Of a stretch of DNA of 64,000 bases, positions 57,612 to 64,000 are shown piece by piece. The position numbers were made by a program, and so were the translations under genes. Source of the DNA: a virus; the UHGV virus genome UHGV-0038496; one strand, written 5' to 3'. The first letter of the stretch is position 1, and each line of letters opens with the position of its first letter. The notes beneath the pieces are model-generated. The model did no database searches. It saw only the letters and a list, made by a program, of their open reading frames with translations, and was not told where the DNA came from.

Positions 57612-57893
57612 TTAAAACAACGCATGTAGCGGGTAACGGTTACCAGGGTAATAAATCACCTTGATCATTTCGTCCGGCAGGAAGAAGTTAAACCATTCGC
57701 CAGTGTTATCGTCTGGATCTTCGTCCGCATACATGAAGAAGTAGTCTACAGTTTCCTCGCCAGGGGCCTGGCCTTCGTTGTATTCTACCCTAGTTAATTT
57801 CAACGGGCGATCATTACGGATTATAACCATACCAGCCTGTAAATAACGGGCTTCAAAATTGATAACCGCGCCAGGTAATAAGTTAGGGAACAT
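57612..57893 (-). CDS. hypothetical protein
   Basis: Start at MFPNLLPG after AGAGGAG; G10 tract in 5' leader. Confidence 0.45.
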   Translation of the reverse strand: MFPNLLPGAVINFEARYLQAGMVIIRNDRPLKLTRVEYNEGQAPGEETVDYFFMYADEDPDDNTGEWFNFFLPDEMIKVIYYPGNRYPLHALF

Positions 57894-57917
57894 AATTTTA
57901 ACTCCTCTGTTGTTGGT

Positions 57918-57927
57918 GGGGGGGGGG
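57918..57927. repeat. homopolymeric G10/C10 tract
   Basis: Ten consecutive G in 5' leader of 57612-57893 gene. Confidence 0.7.
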
Positions 57928-58200
57928 TATTCCCCTTTCAAGAATAAGTATACACACAACAGACCACATTGCAAGAAAAATTTTATCAGATGATAACTAT
58001 TCTCATTTTGCAGGAGGCAACACTTTTGAGTCTGGATCGCTTCGAGGTTGGCAATAGTGGAAGCGTTGAAATCGATTTTTAGGCACCTGGCAGGGCCTGT
58101 AACGGCCTGGAATGGTGGGGGCTTTACACTTGCATATCTTGCTGGTAAATCTTGATGGCGGGGCTTACAGGAAGGATTTAAAACACAGGAGGCAGGGCCA

Positions 58201-58228
58201 TAAAAAAGGCCGCTGATTTGCGGCCCTT
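58201..58228 (-). terminator. rho-independent terminator
   Basis: AAGGGCCGCAAATCAGCGGCCTTTTTTA on minus strand. Confidence 0.6.
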
Positions 58229-58246
58229 CATAATAGTTTCACATTG

Positions 58247-58363
58247 TTATCTTTTCGCGTCGTGTTTATCGCCAGCTATACCGAAGACCTTCCAGCCTAC
58301 ACCGATCCCGATGATACAGATAAACCAGACAACCAGGGCACCAAGCCCGATCAAGATGTGCAT
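58247..58363 (-). CDS. hypothetical small membrane peptide
   Basis: 38 aa hydrophobic ORF after GAGGG, followed by terminator. Confidence 0.35.
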   Translation of the reverse strand: MHILIGLGALVVWFICIIGIGVGWKVFGIAGDKHDAKR

Positions 58364-58368
58364 TGTCG

Positions 58369-58719
58369 TTACCCTCTAAAATAATGTTTTACGATTGCAA
58401 TAATTACAGGCGCAACATAATAGACCACTGCACCCAAGACGGCCCACGGGGCCAGTTTTTTGGCGACTGGATAAATGTATTCACCGCACACATAGCACAC
58501 GATCCAGGCCAACATAATTTTAATCGGTGCATTGTAAAAGATGTTATGCACCCAATCAATATAAGCGTATGCCATACCGAAAAGCACCGCACCGATAGCG
58601 GCCCCACGGCATTTAATTTTACGGGCCGCTTTTTCGGCAGCTTCTCGATCAATGGCGTTCATCTCTGGGGCCATCTCGTTGACGTCCGGCATACGGTTTA
58701 ACAGGTCGATGATTCTCAT
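58369..58719 (-). CDS. integral membrane protein
   Basis: 116 aa, GAGGAAG RBS, three predicted hydrophobic helices. Confidence 0.5.
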   Translation of the reverse strand: MRIIDLLNRMPDVNEMAPEMNAIDREAAEKAARKIKCRGAAIGAVLFGMAYAYIDWVHNIFYNAPIKIMLAWIVCYVCGEYIYPVAKKLAPWAVLGAVVYYVAPVIIAIVKHYFRG

Positions 58720-58752
58720 TGTTTTTCTTCCTCATGGTTGTTTCCTTCTGCG

Positions 58753-58872
58753 TCAATTATAGATCGCTATAAAGTAAATGCCAACCCCCATAAGTGTTTC
58801 AATCGCCAGGATCTCACACCACGTTATCAAGTGGCTGATTGTATCATTGCAAGGTCGAGGCTTGTCTTTCAT
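58753..58872 (-). CDS. hypothetical small protein
   Basis: 39 aa ORF after AAGGGGAA. Confidence 0.3.
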   Translation of the reverse strand: MKDKPRPCNDTISHLITWCEILAIETLMGVGIYFIAIYN

Positions 58873-58933
58873 TTTCTTATTCCCCTTGTTGGTTGATGAT
58901 AGGGCCGGACTTCCGGCCCTGGTTGAAATTGTG

Positions 58934-59164
58934 TTACATGATAGTAAGTTTACGGCCTTTGATCATGATGTAACCGTGTCCAGCATTGCCCCAGATATCA
59001 ACGTAGACGCGGCGCATCCGGCCCTCGAAGTTGATCATCCAGTTAGTCGGTAATTTTTTACCGTAACCGCTTGCAGGCATTTTGGCGTTGACTGGTTTTT
59101 CAATCATGACTACATCAAAAAAGTTTTTATAGTCAAATGTTGCAACAGCTGGCATAAGGTCCAT
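58934..59164 (-). CDS. hypothetical protein
   Basis: 76 aa, AAGGGG RBS. Confidence 0.45.
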   Translation of the reverse strand: MDLMPAVATFDYKNFFDVVMIEKPVNAKMPASGYGKKLPTNWMINFEGRMRRVYVDIWGNAGHGYIMIKGRKLTIM

Positions 59165-59245
59165 GATGTTTCCCCTTCTTACTGTGTGGTTGAGTTCTCT
59201 TTATTGATGATCCACTTTCTCATCGTGGACCATCTAAAAGCTAAC

Positions 59246-59440
59246 TCATGCGGCTATTGCAATGATTCGTTCTGCTGCCTCAACCGCTTCATAGTCCAGA
59301 TTATTGTGGTGCGCTACATCCAGGAGGAAAGTTAGTGCATCTTTATAATCTTCGTAGTCGCAACGATAAGCCTCTACACCTTCAACAAGAATCGCAATTT
59401 TACCAGCTTTTTTCAGGTTTACGATGTTAATGTGTTTCAT
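59246..59440 (-). CDS. hypothetical protein
   Basis: 64 aa, AAGGAG RBS. Confidence 0.45.
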   Translation of the reverse strand: MKHINIVNLKKAGKIAILVEGVEAYRCDYEDYKDALTFLLDVAHHNNLDYEAVEAAERIIAIAA

Positions 59441-59515
59441 GATTTGTCACTCCTTTTAAATTGTTTACTGCTTTCGATTATCAGTATACTTGTTTTTTCT
59501 GATTTGTCAACCTTT

Positions 59516-59743
59516 CTAGACTTCTTCCGGTGCCGCTTTAAAGAATCCTCTAATGATCCGGCCTCCCCTTACACTTCTTGAAAAAATTGCGTCAACCTCG
59601 CGCCTGAATGCCTCTACCCAGATATCGCCCTTACTATCGCTATTCCTAACAATCCAGGCCATACGGTAGACCTTGTTATCGAAATTAATCACACCTTTAG
59701 ATGGTTTAACTCGATTCATGGGGAACTTGATAACGTTGCTCAT
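59516..59743 (-). CDS. hypothetical protein
   Basis: 75 aa, GAGGAAAATAAA-ATG. Confidence 0.45.
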   Translation of the reverse strand: MSNVIKFPMNRVKPSKGVINFDNKVYRMAWIVRNSDSKGDIWVEAFRREVDAIFSRSVRGGRIIRGFFKAAPEEV

Positions 59744-59907
59744 TTTATTTTCCTCGCTTAGTTGTTTATTTTTGTAGTGGGAGGTTTATAACCTCCCTCC
59801 TCTGTGTTTATAATGCTGCCCGTATATGATGTACCAGATGTTTAAAAGCTCGCGCCAGGTAAATTTATCATCTTCGGGCTTTTCTTTATCGTTTTTCATA
59901 CCCAACC

Positions 59908-59994
59908 TCATTTTTTGTTATTCAGACCTTTTAACATTTCTTTAATGAAATCTTCCACCCTTTCATATTCGTTTGCTTTGTAGTAGTCTTTCAT
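59908..59994 (-). CDS. hypothetical small protein
   Basis: 28 aa ORF with the same GAGGAAAATAAA-ATG context as the 59516 gene. Confidence 0.25.
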   Translation of the reverse strand: MKDYYKANEYERVEDFIKEMLKGLNNKK

Positions 59995-60300
59995 TTTATT
60001 TTCCTCGTTTTCTTTCAGCTTCCCCCGGTTTATCCGGTCCTTGTTGCCTCCCTGCATCCTTTCCTTTCAACTTTATTTTACTGCTTTGTGTTACCTTGTC
60101 AACCTTTTTTACTTCTTTCTAGTTTTAGGGCTTTTCGGCTCCCTCGGTCCTTCGGTTAGCTATGCTTCAAGGCTTTTCCTTTACCCTTCTTTTCCCGCTC
60201 CCGGAACTTTCCTTTCTGTTCCCTTTCTTCTCCTTTCGACTATAGAATACCAAACCGGGGGGCCGTGTCAATACCTTTTTCACAACTTTCTTAAAAATTT

Positions 60301-60405
60301 TTACTTCCGCATGTTGCTTAAGATAAAACCAACAACCAGGCAGCAGATAACCACAAAGGCCAGGCCCACAGCGATAAACGGATTCATCAGCATTTCAAGT
60401 AACAT
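60301..60405 (-). CDS. hypothetical small membrane peptide
   Basis: 34 aa hydrophobic ORF after GGAGG. Confidence 0.3.
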   Translation of the reverse strand: MLLEMLMNPFIAVGLAFVVICCLVVGFILSNMRK

Positions 60406-60407
60406 GA

Positions 60408-60617
60408 TCAGGCCTCCAATACCATAATTTCAAAGCGTGCGACGATAGGGCTAACGTCTACGAGGCACATCGGATCGACTACGCGATGGATAACGACTAG
60501 ATGATCATCATGCTTATCGATGTAATAATCCTCGTTATCAATTATTTCGCTTAGGTCATAATAACGGCCTTTCTCATAGCGGCCCCGTGCATCATTGGCA
60601 TAATCACAGTAGACCAT
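60408..60617 (-). CDS. hypothetical protein
   Basis: Start at ATG after AGGAGG (MVYCDYAND...). Confidence 0.45.
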   Translation of the reverse strand: MVYCDYANDARGRYEKGRYYDLSEIIDNEDYYIDKHDDHLVVIHRVVDPMCLVDVSPIVARFEIMVLEA

Positions 60618-60773
60618 TTTGCTTTCCTCCTGCTGTGTTTCTTCTTTCAATTAAAATAATACGCAGATCCTACAAGAAGTAAATAAGGTTTTACCTATTG
60701 ATTTTTGCGTTAGATGTGTTTTACAGGTTGGGGAGTGGCAAACGAAGAAAGGCCCCACCAGGGGGCCTATCGG

Positions 60774-60995
60774 TTAAATTTCGTCTGCTTTCATGCGTTC
60801 ACGCCGTGCTGCATATTTCATTTGCTGGCGTTCACGTTCAAGTAACAGGCGGCGTAAATTACGGTCGTAATAGTTGCGCCACAGTTTACCGAAGCGGCGC
60901 GGCTTGTTCAATTTGTTGTTACGCTGGCGGCGTTCCGGCAGTTCATCAGATAAATGATTGCGTTTAGTGATTTTTTCAAAGTTTACCATGTTCAT
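60774..60995 (-). CDS. hypothetical Arg-rich protein (possible nucleic-acid binding)
   Basis: 73 aa, about 25 percent Arg/Lys; AGGAGC RBS. Confidence 0.45.
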   Translation of the reverse strand: MNMVNFEKITKRNHLSDELPERRQRNNKLNKPRRFGKLWRNYYDRNLRRLLLERERQQMKYAARRERMKADEI

Positions 60996-61009
60996 AATCG
61001 GCGCTCCTG

Positions 61010-61348
61010 TTACTCGTTATCGTCGTTTTCTTCTGCTGCAATATTTGCCGCTACTGCTTTAATAAATTTTTTCGCGTCACCGTTGCGGCCCCACAGGTCA
61101 ACGATTAAAAATCCTGCCTGCTTTATCTTATTCGTGTACTCCAGCAAGTTGTAAGCCGGGATCGGCGACGGCGTTACATATTGTTTCCCGTGTCGGTCCT
61201 GGTACTTGATAACATAATCAGCACCCGGATCAATATCCCACGGATTCACCCGAAAAGCCTGGCACCTGGCGTAATAACTTTGATTTCTTACTTTGTTCCA
61301 GACTACCCCGATTGCAATAAATGTAAGTATGCACGTCACTAGATCCAT
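61010..61348 (-). CDS. membrane-anchored protein
   Basis: Start at MDLVTCILTFIAIGVVW after AAGAGGA; one N-terminal transmembrane helix. Confidence 0.45.
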   Translation of the reverse strand: MDLVTCILTFIAIGVVWNKVRNQSYYARCQAFRVNPWDIDPGADYVIKYQDRHGKQYVTPSPIPAYNLLEYTNKIKQAGFLIVDLWGRNGDAKKFIKAVAANIAAEENDDNE

Positions 61349-61435
61349 AGATTTTTCCTCTTTGCTATTGTGTGGGCATAATGTCACCTCCTCCTGGTTG
61401 GATAGGGGGCCGGACTCCCGGCCCCGCCTGGTATG

Positions 61436-61684
61436 TTATCCTAACATTTTAAAATAGTTGACGTTCAAAATTTTTTCAATATCGTCAACCGCTTTGATAT
61501 GCATGAAAGCAATCAATTTACCATCGATGCGGATAACCGGGCGGCCCAGGTGATAACCTTTAATCATACGCGCTTTTACTTTTCCACCTGCTCCCCCTTC
61601 ACGCCACCAAATGGCTTTTCCGTTGCTGTAATACCAATCAGCTTTTACCAGGTCCACCGCTGCAAAGTTAATTAATTTAGCCAT
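61436..61684 (-). CDS. hypothetical protein
   Basis: 82 aa, GAGAGGAG RBS. Confidence 0.45.
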   Translation of the reverse strand: MAKLINFAAVDLVKADWYYSNGKAIWWREGGAGGKVKARMIKGYHLGRPVIRIDGKLIAFMHIKAVDDIEKILNVNYFKMLG

Positions 61685-61761
61685 TGCGTAACTCCTCTCT
61701 TATTGTGGTTACACTAAATTATCTTTATGGATGGCCCCGCCAGGGCCATCTAAAAGGCAAC

Positions 61762-62100
61762 TTAGTTACGTAACGCTTCCTCTACTTCCTGCAATTCTGC
61801 TTCAAGGTCGGCCAATTCGTCGCACAAATCACAATAGTTTGCGTCATCGCTTACGTCTACGCTGTCTACATAGTCATTCAATCCGCAACGATAAGCAATC
61901 GGATCCAATTCGCGTAAGATTCTAGACGGTAAAAATTCGCAACCGCCTACCACTACCGCACCGCCTTCGTCTAGTACTTCATTGTAGTCATCTTCATAAT
62001 CAGCCGGATCGATTTCAAAATTCTCGATTTTATTGTTCAGTTGTTCGATAGCTGCAACCAGAGCGGCACGACGTGCAATCATTTCGACGTTAGCGTTCAT
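61762..62100 (-). CDS. hypothetical highly acidic protein
   Basis: 112 aa, Asp/Glu-rich; AGAGGAGA RBS. Confidence 0.5.
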   Translation of the reverse strand: MNANVEMIARRAALVAAIEQLNNKIENFEIDPADYEDDYNEVLDEGGAVVVGGCEFLPSRILRELDPIAYRCGLNDYVDSVDVSDDANYCDLCDELADLEAELQEVEEALRN

Positions 62101-62137
62101 AATGTTTTCTCCTCTGTTGTTACTTATTACTGTGGTT

Positions 62138-62166
62138 AGTTTACTTTATTGATGGCCCCGTGTCAA
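62138..62166 (-). promoter_or_regulatory. sigma70-like promoter within inverted-repeat module
   Basis: Minus strand TTGACA-17-TAAACT; -35 flanked by inverted repeat GATGGCC (62151-62157) / GGCCATC (62177-62183). Confidence 0.5.
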
Positions 62167-62198
62167 TACTTTTTGAGGCCATCTAAAAGCAAGCTATT

Positions 62199-62558
62199 TT
62201 ATTTGTATGCTAGTTCCACATAAAACCGCGCCATCAGTTCAAACCATTCTTCAATGTAACGTTCTTTAGTATCTTCTTTAGTTTTTTCATCAATGATCCC
62301 GAACTCACGCAGGCGGTTTAAAATGTCATCGTTGCAAAAATCGATATCAACACCGCTAGGAAGACCAGCCAGCCAGTCAGCCATAGCCTTCACACGATTG
62401 CCATTGAAGCGACGGATATAATAGCCGTCGAAATGCTCAGCTTCAAAGCGTGCTTTCAGTTCCTCAACGTCGTTGTCGTGTTCCATGTCATCAAAGTTCA
62501 AGCTATCAACTACATACTCACGAATTGCGTTAGCCATAGCCTTATTGATGCGTTTCAT
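62199..62558 (-). CDS. hypothetical protein
   Basis: 119 aa, AAGAGGAAAA RBS. Confidence 0.5.
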   Translation of the reverse strand: MKRINKAMANAIREYVVDSLNFDDMEHDNDVEELKARFEAEHFDGYYIRRFNGNRVKAMADWLAGLPSGVDIDFCNDDILNRLREFGIIDEKTKEDTKERYIEEWFELMARFYVELAYK

Positions 62559-62650
62559 AATATTTTCCTCTTTGTGATTTACTAATTACTTCTTTCAGTT
62601 TTAAGTTTACTTATTTTTGCTACCGTGTCAACTAATTTTTTGAATTTATT

Positions 62651-62743
62651 TTACATCATTACACGAAAGACCAACATAACCAGGTAGACCAGTACCATAA
62701 TCATAACATCGCGGCGGATCTGATAGCGAGAATAATTTTTCAT
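62651..62743 (-). CDS. hypothetical small membrane peptide
   Basis: 30 aa ORF after GAAGGGGAAA. Confidence 0.3.
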   Translation of the reverse strand: MKNYSRYQIRRDVMIMVLVYLVMLVFRVMM

Positions 62744-62774
62744 GATTGTTTCCCCTTCGTTGTGTGGATTTTTA

Positions 62775-62803
62775 GGTTACTTTATAGATGGCCCGGTGTC
62801 AAT
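62775..62803 (-). promoter_or_regulatory. sigma70-like promoter within inverted-repeat module
   Basis: Minus strand TTGACA-17-TAACCT; inverted repeat GATGGCC (62788-62794) / GGCCATC (62810-62816) around -35. Confidence 0.45.
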
Positions 62804-62825
62804 ATCCAGGCCATCGAAAAACAAC

Positions 62826-63236
62826 CTATAAGCTCATATAGTCACGATGTGCAATCATCCATGCAGCGTCTTTGTTTTCACAATAGCCGACGTGGCGAGA
62901 CTCCCCATCATAACGATAGATAACCTGGTAAACTGCTTCCCCTCTAAGGTCCAGGACGTGGCGCACTTCGTAACGTTTGCAACGTTTAACTTGTGCGATA
63001 CGTGCCCCGAAAATTAGTTTTACCAGTTCTTTCCAATGGCGACGGGCATCAGTTAAAGACACCACACTAAACCATGCTTGCCGCTCGCCATCAGCATTAA
63101 AAGCGCGAACATGGTAGCAACCGTGGGCCTTAAACAGATCCACCATTTCACGATCCCGCCCCTCTACCATTTGAACATATCCGCAAGCTAAAGCGAACGC
63201 AGTTAAACCATTTGCATTACGGAAAGTAGTTTTCAT
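62826..63236 (-). CDS. hypothetical protein
   Basis: 136 aa, CAGGAGAAAGG RBS; Cys/His-containing. Confidence 0.5.
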   Translation of the reverse strand: MKTTFRNANGLTAFALACGYVQMVEGRDREMVDLFKAHGCYHVRAFNADGERQAWFSVVSLTDARRHWKELVKLIFGARIAQVKRCKRYEVRHVLDLRGEAVYQVIYRYDGESRHVGYCENKDAAWMIAHRDYMSL

Positions 63237-63315
63237 GATCCTTTCTCCTGTGTTTTATTAATCTCGTTTACTGCTTTCATTGTTAAGTATACTTGTTTTT
63301 TATCGCCTGTCAACT

Positions 63316-63426
63316 CTATTTTTCATCTTTTTTAAAGAAATCGATCAGGCCTTTGATAACTGCCGCCAGGTGCAAGCCCAGCAAAAAGAAGGCATAGCCT
63401 ACAATGATTGCCGCGATAATGTTCAT
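63316..63426 (-). CDS. hypothetical small membrane peptide
   Basis: 36 aa ORF after CAGGAGG. Confidence 0.3.
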   Translation of the reverse strand: MNIIAAIIVGYAFFLLGLHLAAVIKGLIDFFKKDEK

Positions 63427-63500
63427 AATGTTGCCTCCTGTTGTGTGAATAGTAACTTTATTCATGGGGCCGTTGCTACAGCCCCAGGGTAAAGCGGCTA

Positions 63501-63746
63501 TTAGTGCGGCATTCCTACCATAGCGGCGCGGATGTTAGTTTTATTGTAAGGCACTCCATCAGGCGTATGAGTGATCCCCTCTTCTTTCAAGCGGTAAACC
63601 ATTAAATCAGCTGCCGCGTCTTTATTGCCACACTCATTAATCAGGCCCATCGCTAAAAACCATAAACCTTCGTCATTGTTGATCCAAAGTGCGACGTTCC
63701 ATTGATTGTAATTTTTCCAACCGTTATAACCTTTATTGCCTTTCAT
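63501..63746 (-). CDS. hypothetical protein
   Basis: 81 aa, AAGAGGA RBS, Trp/Asn-rich. Confidence 0.45.
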   Translation of the reverse strand: MKGNKGYNGWKNYNQWNVALWINNDEGLWFLAMGLINECGNKDAAADLMVYRLKEEGITHTPDGVPYNKTNIRAAMVGMPH

Positions 63747-63802
63747 AATTTTATCCTCTTTAGTTTTTGCCTCTGGGGAAATTTCTTTCCCTTTCGGTTT
63801 AT

Positions 63803-63830
63803 ATACTACATCTTTATTCTACCGTGTCAA
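63803..63830 (-). promoter_or_regulatory. sigma70-like promoter
   Basis: Minus strand TTGACA-16-TAGTAT; -35 overlaps stop codon of upstream partial gene. Confidence 0.45.
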
Positions 63831-64000
63831 CATTTTTTAAAGAATTTTTCTACCGTGATATCTTTCCCAGCAGGTTTAGCCACTTTCAGAATTTTATCAT
63901 GCACCGGGCGCCCGAAAGAATAAGCGCCATACACAGTAAGCCAATAATCCCCGTTAGGCTGTACTATTACCGCTGCATATGGTACGCCTTTCTCGTTATC
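63827..64000 (-). CDS. hypothetical protein, 5' end beyond window
   Basis: Open frame from window edge to TGA at 63827-63829; not in track because partial. Confidence 0.35.
   Translation of the reverse strand, partial: DNEKGVPYAAVIVQPNGDYWLTVYGAYSFGRPVHDKILKVAKPAGKDITVEKFFKKC

Noticed and set aside
58778-59053. 91-aa plus-strand ORF in the minus-strand early block
   Set aside because: Antisense to two minus-strand genes with good ribosome-binding sites and promoters; no translation signals of its own
59785-59899. Apparent 37-aa minus-strand ORF
   Set aside because: Re-reading the exact bases gives an in-frame stop after about 10 codons; the longer ORF came from miscounting a T-run
61730-61750. 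Tight hairpin GATGGCCC-CGCCA-GGGCCATC as an intrinsic terminator
   Set aside because: No U-tract follows on either strand; more consistent with a degenerate copy of the promoter-associated inverted-repeat module than a rho-independent terminator

Overview
The window reads as one contiguous piece of a virulent tailed dsDNA phage genome; no host genes are evident. (1) 1-10.7 kb, minus strand: head-morphogenesis module in canonical order (large terminase, portal, small protease-like protein, acidic scaffold, small head protein, major capsid), each assigned from sequence motifs and gene order. An i-spanin/o-spanin pair and a tRNA-Arg(UCU) lie upstream. The large terminase gene is broken by an in-frame intein inside its Walker A loop and by at least two group I introns, one carrying an HNH homing endonuclease. 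(2) 12-48.3 kb, plus strand: early/middle block with ATP-dependent DNA ligase, FEN-like exonuclease, metallophosphoesterase, lambda-R-like endolysin, endonuclease VII, DEDD exonuclease, dNMP kinase, HAD nucleotidase, anaerobic ribonucleotide reductase nrdD (three exons, two HNH-bearing group I introns) plus nrdG, PhoH, a ClpP-like protease, a methyltransferase-like protein, several HNH/AP2 homing endonucleases and many small ORFs. (3) 48.3-52.7 kb: ORF-poor, repeat-dense region with three tandem DnaA boxes and several iteron families. (4) 52.7-64 kb, minus strand: about 35 short genes, most with their own sigma70-like promoter built on a conserved inverted-repeat module. No CRISPR array, integrase or rRNA was seen. 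All calls rest on manual reading of motifs, reading frames and ribosome-binding sites; no database search was run, and intron/exon boundaries are approximate.
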